This document shows, piece after piece, positions 24,673 to 36,892 of a stretch of DNA of 64,000 nt. The position numbers and the translations under genes were made by a program. This DNA comes from Octopus sinensis (taxonomy: Eukaryota), in contig NC_043006.1 in assembly GCF_006345805.1 (NCBI RefSeq), forward strand, positions 31,496,001 through 31,560,000, read 5' to 3'. Numbering within the stretch: position 1 is the stretch's first letter; the number at the start of each line of letters is the position of its first letter. A model generated the notes under the pieces. That model had not been told where the DNA came from and did not search any database. It saw only the letters and a list, made by a program, of their open reading frames with translations.

Positions 24673-25129
24673 AAGGATTTTAATAGCATTAGAGCAGAAT
24701 CATGAGTGCGCGGAGAAAATATCGCAGCATTTATTCCGGTTCTTTACGCTTTGAGTTCAAATTCAACCAATCGCTGGAGTCAATACAATCGGTTATCTTC
24801 CCCACCAGCATGAAAACTATTGGCCTTGTCCCTACCAAGAAATAATTATACAGGGCGGTGGATTAGCAGAAATACTAGATCTTTGGAATGAGAACCTTGT
24901 GGTGTTTATTTTGGTCCCTTACTCTAGGTTCAATACCATCGAGGCCAATTTTGCCTTCCATTCCTACGAGGATTGATAAAATAGAGTACCAGTCAAATAC
25001 TGGTGTCGATGTAATCGAATTAACCCCCCTCCCTATAGTCTTGTGACTATTTTAGGAACATTTTTTGAACACTTTTCCACGCCATCTTCCCCCACCACTG
25101 TCATCATATTTATCATCACCACCAACAAC

Positions 25130-25980
25130 AACGCCACCAACGCTAACACAACGACCATCATCATCATCATCATTATCATCATCATCATCATCGTCATTAA
25201 TATCATCAGCAACAAATCATGTTCTCGATGCCGAAACCCCGAAACATGGCTCGGTTACTTAGGCTGCCATTTGTCGACAATTCAGCTTCAAAATGGAAGC
25301 TATCCGTTTACTAACAACATGGAGATTACGTTTCTTAAATTGTTGTGAATATTTTCTTCTATTTTTTTTCATTTATGTCGGTCGCTGATCTTATATCTCT
25401 CGCGTGAAGTCAGCCTGAAAACAACCACAACAACAGTAACCACCACTAATGTACTTTTGGTGTAACAGTGTCGGATGGGAAGTAACGAAACGCACAGGTG
25501 AGAAATATCACCGACAGACAACACCAATTTAATCTCCTCTCTCTCTCTCTTTCTCCCTCTTTCTTTTTTTCTTTCTTTCTCTCTCTCCCCATCTTTCTCC
25601 CCACTCTCTCCTATTTCTCTTCCTCTCTTTTTCCTTCGCTCTCTCACTCCATCTCTCCCTATCTCACTCACACTTTCCATCTTTCTCTCTCCCCTATATC
25701 TCTCTCGTTCCTGTGCGTGTGTATATATAAGTATGTGTGTGTGCTTATGTATATGCACATGTCTGTGTGTGTGTATCTGTACATATATGTATATATATAT
25801 ATATACATACACACATACATACATATATATACATACAAACATACATACACACATACATATATACATATGTATACCTACAAACATACATACATACATACAC
25901 ACATACATACATACATACATACATACATACATACATACATACATAATACATACATACATACATACATACATACATACAAA
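25130..25980. repeat. (CAT)n, CT-rich and (CATA)n simple-repeat cluster
   Basis: Read directly from sequence. Confidence 0.9.
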
Positions 25981-27301
25981 ACGTTTACAAGCTTACAGCC
26001 ATGTCGTTTTCTCCTGTATGGCAGCGTGACAAGAAATATTTTCTTACTATTTAGTTTTAAGGGGTCGTATTTTTTTTTATGTAGTTGCTTTTGTCTCATT
26101 TTCATCTTCCTAACCTGTAAACGAAATCTAATACTAATGTAGTGAAAACAGAGCAGGAACGACTAAGGTATAACTAATAGGAACATACAAATACTTACAC
26201 AGAGTAGTATTTTAAAAGTCAGAAAGTTTGAAGATTTAAACGTCTTTGTTCTCTTTCCTGTCTAATGTCAGAATAGTCAAAATAGTCAAAATATGGGAAG
26301 GAAATAATAGAAATTACTGAACGAAAATAAATAAAAAATAAACAGCAATATTTAAAAAGTAATGATAATAAAGTAAGAAAGATAGCAGAAGATTGACGAA
26401 TAGACAAATGATTGAAGCAGACGACCCCCTGCGTTTTCGTTACGTCCTACCGTTTGATTAGAAAGAAAGTGAAGAAGAGCAGAGATAGATATAATAGAAG
26501 ACAAACAGACAAGCAGATAGACAGAACAACTGAAGCATAGATATCTCTTGTTCTTGGTACTTTCACATGTTAAGCTTGTTGTGTATTTTTTAATAGAAAA
26601 AACAGAAAGCCATCATCGAAATATATAGGCCTAAAAAAAATTAAACTGAATGTTACTACTTACTGGAGTTCACTCTTATGTTATTGTTGCTGGAAATTGT
26701 AACATATTAGAGAAAAATTATAAAAGCATAGACTGAATTTTCGTTTTTTTTTTTCTCTTAGTTTTGCAGTGTTCTTTACTCCGTAATGTTATATGTTGTA
26801 TGTGCGTGTGTGTGTATATATTTGTGTGTGTGTGTGCGCGCGCGTGCGTCTATTTATGTGTGTGTATGTGTGTGTGAATGTGTGTGTGTGTGTGTGTGTG
26901 AATGTGTGTGTGTGTGTGTGTTATAAATTACAAGATCAATTTTTACGATATATATAGGTGAATGAATTACGAGTTTTGATATTGGGATTCTGTATTATGT
27001 TTGAGTATGTTTATAGTATGCCGTAACTTAGAAGTTACTGTCAACACTTGTCCTTGCAAAACAACAACAACAACAACAACAATAATAATAATAATAATAA
27101 TAACAATAGTATAAAAGATGGGCTATAGCAAATATTCTGCTCAGTACCACAGATTTTGTCAATTGTTTGACCATACCCAGTTGAGCATGTCCCTTGCTGG
27201 CTGACAATATGTGCTTCTCTGATCAGAGCGGAAGTAGGGAGAACATCATAGCCATGTGCTGAGAGAAATTCTTTGGTGTTTGGATAATTTTTGGGTGTTT
27301 G

Positions 27302-27351
<50 letters not shown>

Positions 27352-27425
27352 TGGCATCCTTTCTGTCTCGGAGACAATGGAGTTGCGCATTTTTTTTTTT
27401 CTAGGTCTAGTCTGGCTGTTATATT

Positions 27426-28094
27426 TTATTTCCTGTTACATTTCTTGCTGTGGCTGTGTAGTCTTATCCTGGACAAACACTCCCTCTGGCAGGTACAGCA
27501 AATGTAGCGAAGACTGTTCCTGGCTGGTTGTAGTGCCATGGTATCTTGTTTATGTCTCTTCCTTTCTTTCCATTTCTCCTCTCTCTTTCTGTCACTCCTC
27601 TGTATACCCTCTTTTACTGTACGTCGCCATTCTCCACGGTTGCCGGCGACTGCCTCCCAACCGCTAATGTTGATGTTGCAGGCCTTCATATCCCTTTTGC
27701 AAACATCCTTGTAACGTAAGATCGGTCTACCCACAGACCTAGTACCCCTAGCAAGCTCTCCGTAGAGTATGTCCTTGGGGATTCTGCCATCTTTCATACG
27801 GCTAACATGCCCAAGCCATCTCATACGTCTTTGTGTGAGGAGTGCAAACATGCTTGGTATTCCTGCTTGCCTGAGGACATCTTTGTTGGGGATATGATTC
27901 TGCCATTTGATGTGGAGGATTTTTCGGAGGCAGCGCAGGTGAAAGATGTTTAGGCGACGCTCTTGGCGTGTGTATAGCGTCCAGGTCTCGCTTCCATACA
28001 GTAGAGTGCTGAGTACACATGCCTGGTAGATCTTCATTTTTGTGGTCTTGGTCAGCTTATTGTTGTCCCAAGCCCGTTTGGAGAGTTGGGCCAT
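27426..28094 (-). pseudogene. RTE LINE reverse transcriptase C-terminal fragment (222 aa open)
   Basis: KMKIYQACVLSTLLYGSETW, RRMRWLGHVSRMKDGRIPKDILYGEL, C-terminal CxxC..HSH. Confidence 0.9.
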
Positions 28095-28232
28095 CGCAGC
28101 AGCTGCCTTGCCAATGCGTATATTGAGCTCAGCGTCAAGGGATAGGTTGTAGGTGACGGTAGAGCCCAGTAGGTAAACTTCTCCACCTCTTGTAATCTGT
28201 GGTCTCCAATATGTATGTTTGGGATGTCCGAT

Positions 28233-28671
28233 GGATCATCAAGTCTTTCCATGATGACATGCAAGGCACCATACAGCACAACGGTTCAACATCAGCCGCC
28301 TTCCAAATAAAAAACGGGGTAAAGCAAGGCTGTGTCCTCGCTCCTACATTGTTTGGCATCTTCTTCTCACTCTTGCTGTCACATGCCTTTCAGACATCAG
28401 ATGATGGAGTGTTTCTGCACAGTAGAAGTGACGGGAAACTGTTCAGTCTCTCGCGCCTGCGTGCCAAGACAAAATCAGAAACGTCCTGATCAAGGAGATG
28501 TTATTTGCTGATGATGCCGCTCTGGTAACACACACAGAAGAAGCCCTCCAAAGGCTCATTAACTGTTTTGAGCAAGCATGTAACGACTTTGGCTTAGCTA
28601 TCAGCCTTAAGAAGACCAACATCATGGGCCAGGCTACATCGGACATCCCAAACATACATATTGGAGACCAC

Positions 28672-28675
<4 letters not shown>
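28233..28675 (+). pseudogene. RTE LINE RT core fragment (inverted segment)
   Basis: GVKQGCVLAPTLFGIFF and LFADDAALV motifs; one frameshift near 28480. Confidence 0.9.
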
Positions 28676-28708
<33 letters not shown>

Positions 28709-28718
28709 ACTAGATCGA

Positions 28719-28777
28719 ATCATCTCAAGTGTAACTGCTCGAAATGGTCGTGACTTCTGGTACTTGAGTGATGAAGG
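28719..28777 (+). ncRNA. Rearranged hammerhead motif, core C3 mutated
   Basis: ATCATC|TCAAGT...CTC-GAAA-TGGT...ACTTGA-GTGATGA; stem I 6 bp Watson-Crick, stem III 5 bp. Confidence 0.5.
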
Positions 28778-28909
28778 AAATCTAAGAATGACCCGTCTTT
28801 TTTTGCCTGTCCTTCTCATTGTTGTTTCTCTTGTCCGCCTTTGTATCGTCTATCTGTCCGAACGTTTTAATGCCCTCTATTGCATTTTTGTTCCATTTTT
28901 ACACACACA

Positions 28910-28940
<31 letters not shown>

Positions 28941-29079
28941 CACATTATATATATATATATATAGTATGCACATTATACAGTAAAACAAAGAAGGGAAGCA
29001 TACATCGTATACAAGAGTAAAAGAAAGAAGTGAGGAAAAAGATGATAGTAATGTGGTCCTTCTGTATCAAGAGGATCTC

Positions 29080-29120
<41 letters not shown>

Positions 29121-29334
29121 TATGGAAAAGGGTAAAATGGGGCTGACACAGGTGGCAGTCATCGGGACAAGGAAGGTAGGGTTTCCGCCCATGAGATAAT
29201 CTAAAAGACACAGCAACCAGCAAAGATTCCCCCCTTTTTTTCATCATTAATTAGCTCCAGGTTGTCTATCACTGTAACGTGAAGGGTTATTGTCTGATGA
29301 AAGTCAGTTGTAATGTTGTGTAGTGCTTGTTGGG

Positions 29335-29355
29335 CTGTAATCATCATCATCATCG

Positions 29356-29395
<40 letters not shown>

Positions 29396-29517
29396 TATCA
29401 CCATCATCAACATCACCATCATCAACATTATCGTCATGTCTTCAGTGACGAATCTTTTGGCAGGCAAAACACATACAAAGAGAGGTACACATACAATCAT
29501 TCATACATGTAGGCATA

Positions 29518-29549
<32 letters not shown>

Positions 29550-29553
29550 TATT

Positions 29554-29620
<67 letters not shown>

Positions 29621-29621
29621 T

Positions 29622-29702
<81 letters not shown>
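29335..29702. repeat. (CAT)n tract and head-to-head (TAT)n/(AAT)n tracts
   Basis: Read directly from sequence. Confidence 0.95.
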
Positions 29703-29703
<1 letters not shown>

Positions 29704-30241
29704 ATATGTCCTTTGGTTTAATTTGAACTCGCATCATTTATTCCTGATGCATGGTTTTGAACACTCTCATATGCGATGACACAATACCACAGGGAATATT
29801 TAATCTCAAAGGCAAGCATAGCATTTGTTACTGAAAACTATATTGGGCTGTTCTCCGTTAAGCACCGCCCTAGATACGTTCTCTTTCTTTTACTCCACTT
29901 CCTTTGGTATTCTTTACTATTTGACAAGTGTTTATCTCTCCTATGGGAATATATTATATATTTTATTGGATGCATGAAGAAATTTGTATGAAAATCTTAT
30001 CTGAAATAATTATCAATGCTGCGAAAATAGACAACTCTCAACACTCGAATATGTATCCGTTGTATTGAAGAAAAAAAATAGAAGACCATGACGAGGAATG
30101 GCCGACTAGGTAGAGAAGCGGGTAATTAATCGAGCAGTCGACCGTTCAAACTCTGCATTGGTATTGCATTGAGTCTCAGGGTTAGAATATTTACGTCTCA
30201 AATGTCCCAATCGTCTTGGGTGTAAAACAGTTAGTGGAGGA

Positions 30242-30610
30242 CAGCGATTCTCAACCATTTTTACCTACGAAACACTTTGATTGCTGTTTTTTTTTCTTTC
30301 TGATGAAACCCCATAACAATTTGATCTTTATAATCGAGTTTTATTGAGACGTATTTCAAACTTCGTTTTTAGTTATTCACACATTCATTTGTGTAGTTTG
30401 AACTATGTAAAATGTCAGAGAAAGAAACTTAGCTGTTTCTTACAATAAATACATCAAAATCAAAATTTATTCATGGACCCTTAAAATCATTAATTCGATT
30501 CTACTTTTTTGAGTTGTTCTTACTCAACACCAGTGGTTCTCTGTCAGAGTCCATTTGAGCCCTAGAAGTCAATATAAGATTTTAGGGGTCCACACTAGGA
30601 AAATCGTAAA
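30242..30610 (+). mobile_element. hAT-type MITE remnants
   Basis: CAGCGATTCTCAACC start, second CAGTGGTTCTC and TTTAGGGGTCCAC segment. Confidence 0.5.
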
Positions 30611-30734
30611 CTGAGGAATACTGTAGCTTGTAGCCCCAGGAAGACACCTCTTCCAGCTAACTATTGACACACTTTCTGTGCTTCATCAGTATTTGCAAAG
30701 GGAAGTCATCCTTCCCTCGACAACCGATGGTCGT

Positions 30735-30779
30735 CACAAGCTGATGACGGGTCAATACCCAGAAATCCGGGTCCGTATG
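30735..30779 (+). ncRNA. Degenerate minimal type-I hammerhead
   Basis: CACAAG-CTGATGA-C-GGGT(CAAT)ACCC-A-GAAA-TCCGG-GTC|CGTATG; stem I has two mismatches. Confidence 0.4.
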
Positions 30780-30791
30780 CATCACGTCAGT

Positions 30792-30860
<69 letters not shown>

Positions 30861-30957
30861 ATCCAAACATAAAAGCACAAAGACAAAACACAACAACGCG
30901 AGGACGTGAAACAAATATAGTATTATTGGACGCTCAGGAAGGAAGGGAAGAAGGAGG

Positions 30958-30992
30958 GTTTAACGTTTCGAGCGGAGCTCTTCGTCAGAAAC
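30958..30992 (-). ncRNA. Minimal type-I hammerhead (PLE type) in a purine-rich repeat (about 30870-31065)
   Basis: GTTT-CTGACGA-A-GAGC(TCC)GCTC-GAAA-CGT-T|AAAC; all stems pair, stem III palindromic. Confidence 0.7.
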
Positions 30993-31139
30993 ATAGGAAA
31001 AGGAAAGATCCAGAGAAGGGAAGACGGAGGAAAAAAAATCGCCAACGGTACACACGCGGTCATATACACGTATATACATACACATGTATAAACAGATATG
31101 CTACATACTCCCGCACATGTACGTGTGTGTGTGTGTGTG

Positions 31140-31320
31140 TATTTGTCTATCAACACCTTCACTACAACCACTTGACAACTAGTGTTGGTGTGTTTATGTC
31201 CCCGTAAATTAGCAGTTCGGCAAAAGACACAAGTACTGGGATCGATTTGTTCGACTGAAATCCTTCATGGCCGCAGTCTAATGATTGAAGCAAGTAAAAG
31301 AATAAAAGGATAAAAGAATG
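31140..31320 (+). mobile_element. SINE family B, 3' part
   Basis: CTTGACAACTAGTGTTGG..CATGGCCGCAGTCTAATGATTGAAGC(AAGTAAAAG). Confidence 0.75.
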
Positions 31321-31334
31321 CATAGACAGACACA

Positions 31335-31580
31335 CACACATGTATGTATGTATGTATGTATGTATGTATGTATGTATGTATGTATGTATGCATGCATGCA
31401 TGTATGTATTATGTATTCATGTTTTCATGTATGTATGTATGTATGTATGTATTATGTATGCATGCATGCATGCATGCATGTATGTATTATGTATTCATGT
31501 TTTCATGTATGTATGTATGTATGTATGTATGTATGTATGTATGTATGTATGTATGTATGTATGTATGTATGTATGTATAT
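31335..31580. repeat. (TATG)n with an internal duplicated unit of about 75 bp
   Basis: CATGCATGCATGTATGTATTATGTATTCATGTTTTCATG occurs twice. Confidence 0.85.
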
Positions 31581-32119
31581 GAAGCCTGTCGTAGGAAAAT
31601 GCCATTTTCACAGACACGATGCTTCTAAATGAATTACTACCACTTGTTACCAAGAAATGACTAAGCTTCCTTAATTATTTGCAATCTTTTCTGTTTCCCA
31701 GTAGGTGGGATAACCAGGGAAGAAAAGCGGGGAATTATTGGTTGCAGACATTTCACCATTTGGAGTAAAACATTAAAATATATCCCAAGATGGCGTCACT
31801 TTGGTTCGTCAGAAAGATGAGCGAGGCAACAGTCGTTGGCATCGTCTCATCACAAGTCAGCCATGACAGAGCAAGTAAATAATCGATGGTGTTTCAAACA
31901 GTGATTTTCTGCTTTTAATTGTTCAGTCTTCGTGCTGCTTACACTCGTGGATCTAGATGAGGTTTATAAGGAACAAAAGCACTGTAAAACTAATCAACGT
32001 TCCACCATCTTGCCAAGGCAGTTTTCAGTTTCGTAAAAAAATGCTAATCACTACAATAACTGATACGATAACGTGCCATCAATCTTTATGAAGATGTCGC
32101 CTTCAGTTGTTGTAGTTGT

Positions 32120-32460
32120 GACATTATTTACATTATTTACAATTGACGGATATTTGTCCTCATCTTGTTTGTTGTTAACACGTTTCGGCTGATATACCCT
32201 CCAGCCTTCATCAGGTATATTGGAGAAATTTCGAACGTAGGTTCTCATTCCTAAGGTATTTTTCAATGTTAATGTTATTATTATTATTATATTATTATTA
32301 TTATTATTCAGGTCACTGCCTGGAATCGAACTCGTAATCTTGAGGTTAGTAGCCCGCGCTCTTAAACACTACGCCGTATACCAAGATGAGGACAAATATC
32401 CGTCAAATGTAAATGATGTACATAATTCCTCATCTCTTAAATATAGAACTGTATTGTTGT
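32120..32460 (-). mobile_element. Hammerhead-bearing tRNA-headed SINE family D, full length, with an inverted 3'-end copy at 32381-32460
   Basis: Minus-strand head CGGCGTAGTGT (A box) ... GTTCGATTCC (B box, 32331-32322), internal (AAT)n, then CTGATGA-A-GGCTG..CAGCC-GAAA (32175-32220, cleavage site lost by a 3-nt deletion). Confidence 0.8.
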
Positions 32461-32869
32461 AGTTGTTGTTGTTACCTTTATTGTAACTGGTTTTTGGTTA
32501 AATAAGGTCATGCTTCAGTAAGCAAATGTATTACGGAAGACACGTCAGACCATGAACTTCTATTCTTTCAACGGTTTCTAAAACTACATTATCCAATGTA
32601 TCCATTCTTTTCACGACATAAATAATGGGAACTGGCTTCTATTTCTAGCATATCGATCTAGCATATCTTTCAATGGCGTTTATTAATTGGTTTAAAAACT
32701 CACATAAAAAGATTCAAATAATCGCAGCTGGAAGAATTTATAGGATATCACACAACTGACTGAAAGGCCCTCCGTTCCTAAGCTGATTTCAACGCTGCAC
32801 TCTGACCATATCAACTTTATTTTAATAACAATAAACACCAAAAATTTAAAACTATGGCAGCCAATAAGG

Positions 32870-34345
32870 AACAAACATTTCTTAACATCAATATCATCAA
32901 AAGAGAATCAAAATAGGAAACTTCTCACATGTCTGTTTCGTCTTTGTGGAATCTGAAAATGGTAAATGTGAAACTGAAATTGGACGAAAAATAGAAATTG
33001 AAAGGAAAACATTTGAAAACATGTCAAAAACTTTAGCATCAAGGAACATTCATATGGAAGCATGATAATGTTACAAATGGTCTACTCTACAGAATTATAC
33101 GGAGTGGAATCATGGACATCGACGAAAACTCTATCTTACAAAGTAGTTTTTGAAATATTGACATATAGAAGAATGTTTAGAATATCTTGGCTAAAACATA
33201 AAACCAAAGAAGAGTTGCTACAAACAAGCTAAAACAAACAGATTGCTCTCATCTATAAAGAAGCTAAAGTATGAGGGTGAGTCAAAACGTAATGCCATTT
33301 TGTTTAGGACAGGTATAATTACCAACACAGGAACATGTATCATACATCAAAATGAAGCTGGTCCTCTGTGGATCACATCCCTACTTCTCAACATAGTCAC
33401 TGTTTCTCTCAATAACAATGTTCCACTTTCGAATGACAGCATGTATCCCTGCCCCGTTAAATTCTGTTGACTATTCTTTGAGCCACTTCACGACAGTCTT
33501 CACTTCCTCGTCACTGGAATAATGTTTGCCCCTCAAACCCTCTTTCATGGGGCCGAAGAGATGATAGCCTGAAGGCGCTAAATCATTCCAGTGACGAGGA
33601 AGTGAAAACTGTAGTGAAGAAGTGGCTAAAAGAACAGTCAAAAGAATTTTACATGGCAGGGATACATGCTCTCATTCGAAGGTGGAACATTGCTATTGAG
33701 AGAAACAGTGACTATGTTGAGAAGTAGGGATGTGATCCACAGAAGACCAGCTTCATTTTGATGTATGATACATATTCCTGTGTTGGTAATTATACCTGTC
33801 CTAAACAAAATGGTATTACTCTTTGACTCACCCTCGTACTTCGTTCAAATAGTAAGGGCACAAAATATACAAAGATTATTATGACTAGGAAAATAGATGA
33901 CAAACGATCGAGAGTAAAATCTAGAACACACTGGTTTCATAACTAAATTATCATACAGTGAGAGTGATATTGACGAAAACTGTATCAGACAGACAAGTAG
34001 TTTTTGAAATGTGGACATTTTGAAGAATGTTAAGAATATCCTGGACAAAATATAGAACTAATGAAGTACAACAATTAGTAAATGCAAAAAGATAATCACT
34101 CTCAACTATTAAAGAAATGAAACTAACGTACTTTGGTCACACAGTAAATGCAGAAAATATACAAAGACTATTTCTAGAATAGATAAATGACAAACACCTC
34201 AGAGGAAGACCTAAAACTAACTGATTTGGTAACATCACAAACTGGACTAAACCGTCATATGGCAAATGTATAAAAAAAATAGCCGCGAAAAGACCCGAAT
34301 AGAGATCCTTGATAATCAACCTGCTGAGATCAGACGATGCTTAAT
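32870..34345 (+). mobile_element. Two degenerate RTE-like LINE 3' remnants; the first is split by a mariner derivative
   Basis: Frames resemble LYGVESWT, RRMFRISW and KLKY/FVQIV across the TA insertion, then KLTYFGH, RGRPK and a (TGA)n tail. Confidence 0.65.
33272..33836. mobile_element. Palindromic mariner derivative made of two transposase 3' ends; TA target duplication
   Basis: 33272-33520 is the reverse complement of 33585-33836. Each arm encodes SDEEVKTVVKKWLKEQSKEFY..GIHALIRRW..YVEK*. The spacer encodes DLAPSGYHLFGPMKEGLRGKHY on minus. TA at 33270-71 and 33837-38. Confidence 0.9.
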
Positions 34346-34458
34346 GATGATGATTCTAGTTCACCTAACAATAAAACGATAACATTAAGAAACAACGAGA
34401 AAGCTACGAGGTCGTCACTCGGACAAAGCTTTCTTAAATTAAACCCTTCCGTTTAAAA

Positions 34459-34682
34459 GAATGGTTCTGAACCGTTTTTCCTACTAATGGACTCCTCTGA
34501 TTCTTATTTTTCTCTACTGGACTCCCATGTTTTAAAAATCTTCTTACCTTTTTATAATTAATTATTATGAGGATTTGTATTAAGAAATTATGAAAATACT
34601 TTGTGTATTGAAGAATAATAATTTATTGCAAAATCTTATATGGATCCTTATGGGTCATGTGGACCTTGGTTAAGAACCATTG
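34459..34682 (+). mobile_element. hAT-type MITE with 8-bp target-site duplication
   Basis: TIRs GAATGGTTCTGAACC / GGTTAAGAACCATTG; flanks GTTTAAAA and GTCTAAAA. Confidence 0.8.
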
Positions 34683-35785
34683 GTCTAAAAGAAAAAAGTC
34701 TGTCGTTGGACGTAGTCCTGGGGGAAATACAGGAAGATGATAGCCGGAATGGTCAAGGGATATGTTCGATCTGAGATAGTTTCAGGTCAAACGATCACAA
34801 CAACCACAACAACAATAACGGGTATTATTAATGTATAAAGATTTACCGCTGTGAATTATAGGGTTCCCTGTATATGTTTATTAACTTCTTATCGCAAGCA
34901 ATGCTGTATTCAAATCGTTTAAGCGATAATGATTGATGATAAGCTGGGATATTACAGATTAGTTAACCCTAGCTATTCGGTACGAAACGAAGATGAAGAT
35001 AAAAGTCTTTCAGCGATGCATCAAAGATCCAATGGATTATCTGACACAGAAAAATAAAATTATTTATAACGGGAAAAAAAAAGAAAAAAAACATTGGCGG
35101 AAGGAAGGAGGAAGGAAGGAAGAATGAAACAAAGAAATGAAGGAAGGAAAAAGGAAAGAAAAAGAAAAATGAATGAAAGAGTGGGAAAAAGAAAATCAGG
35201 GCAAGTATTAAATTTGAAATGTAAGCAGGTGGTATTATCATTAACGAAATGATTGTCAAACGACTAACGGTTGATGTGTTCAACAGGGATCAGCAACAGT
35301 TGAAAGACTGAGGAGGTAAAATATGGTAATGGTGGCGATGGTGACGAGGGTGGTTGTGATTATGATGATCATGATCATGATCATGATCATGATGACGATG
35401 ATGAAGCCTCGACTTAGAAACCTGTGAAACAACGCTCTCTCTTCTCTTAATTCGTAGCATGTGTGCTCGGGTGGTGATGATGAGGAGAACCTGTGTGAGT
35501 TGTTAACAGGAAAACAGGTTCGTCGAGCTTTACTCTTGTATGGAGTCAATCAAAGCTTAAGTCCATGTGTTTGTGGCCATACACTCACACACACACACAC
35601 TCACAATCATACATATACACATACATACACATCTGTTTGTATACAGTAAGTACTCGTTTCTCACTAAGGGAAAAACCCTGCCCCATTATAAAAGATTAGT
35701 CAACAAATGATACACAGACTTATTATCAAGAAGCTTCAAATATTAAGTCTTGCATATCATTATTGTAATTATTATTACTATTATT

Positions 35786-36210
35786 AAGGCGGTAAACCGA
35801 CGAGCCGGCGGAGTCGTTACCACACCGAACAAAATGCTTAGTAGTATTTCGTCCGTCTTTTTAAGGTGGTGAGTTGGCACGCCTGGCGAAATGCTTAACG
35901 GTATTTCGTCTGCCTTTATGTTCTGAGTTCAAATTCCGCCGAGGTCGACTTTGCCTTTCATCCTTTCGGAGTTGATGAATTAAGTACCAGTTGTGTACTG
36001 GGGTCGATCTAATCGACTGGTCCCTCCCCCAAAAATTTCGAGCCTTGTGCCTAGAGTAGAAAAGTATTCCGTCCGTCTTTTCGTTCTGAGTTCAAATTCT
36101 GCCGGGGTCAACTTTGCCATTCATCCTTTTGGGATCAATAAACTAAGCACCGGTTGAGCACTGGGGTTGATATACTCCCACGAAATTGCTGGCCTTGTGC
36201 CAAAATTTGT
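35786..36210 (+). mobile_element. SINE family A composite (three partial or nested copies)
   Basis: Repeated heads at about 35786 and 35864; repeated bodies at about 35900 and 36065. Confidence 0.85.
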
Positions 36211-36892
36211 TACTATTATCATTATCATCATCATCATCATTTGTGGATATTCCACTTTTTAAATGTGGAACCCGAGGATATTCAACTTTTTAAAGTCTTC
36301 TAATTTCATATTCTGATTCATAAATTAATCAATCTTCAAAGAAATTCCAATTATGTCTTCAATTTCCTTTCTTAATTTAGGTTGTAGAGAACGTAACACG
36401 CGAACACACGGACGGAGTGATTAGTAGAATAATATTATAGATTATTATAAGTTTACAGAATGAAATGACTCTCAAAAGGGGAAAGGATTAATTTGTAATT
36501 CCTAAATTTTTCTTTCCATAAATTGCTTAAATAAACAAAGACGTCTTTAAGAAATATAAAATTCTTCTGAACTCTTGCATTACATCATCGCGTTTTACAC
36601 TCCGTCCTTGGATGCCTTTAGAAGAGTTCACGCTGCAAGTGGTTTTAGGATACCCTGCTTCCTATCATAAGTTTCGTAGACTCTATAAATGCTTTCGAGC
36701 ACTACCTTTTTTTTGTATTGAATGATGTAAAAATATAAATATACGCAACATACTGTTGACAAAATGTTATGGCCAGAAATTTTGCAGCTGTGGCAATCTC
36801 CCTTTCAACCTGCCAATGCCCTATCAGATGGAGAGAACCTAGGAATGCTTAACCAATGCATCCCCATTTACTTAAGGTGGTCGAGTTGAAGC

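Larger units (their letters stand above)
27347..28675 (-). mobile_element. Young RTE (BovB-like) LINE insertion with an inverted 5' segment, in (TA)n
   Basis: Sense part 28233-27347 on minus (RT C-terminus, CCHH-like finger, 3' end CCATTGTCTCCGAGACAGAAAGGATGCC). Part 28233-28675 encodes upstream RT motifs on plus (GVKQGCVLAPTLF, MLFADDAAL). Confidence 0.92.

Noticed and set aside
29290-29310. Isolated CTGATGA
   Set aside because: No correctly placed GAAA, stems or NUH site.
29517-29702. Head-to-head (TAT)n/(AAT)n hairpin as a special structure
   Set aside because: Explained by adjacent microsatellites of opposite orientation; no unique sequence involved.
31335-31580. Regularly repeated units that might suggest a CRISPR-like or coded array
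   Set aside because: Simple (TATG)n with one local duplication; no unique spacers and a eukaryotic context.
32305-32380. tRNA-like sequences (also the heads of SINE families A, B and C)
   Set aside because: No complete cloverleaf, and each is fused to a repeat body, so these are SINE heads rather than tRNA genes.
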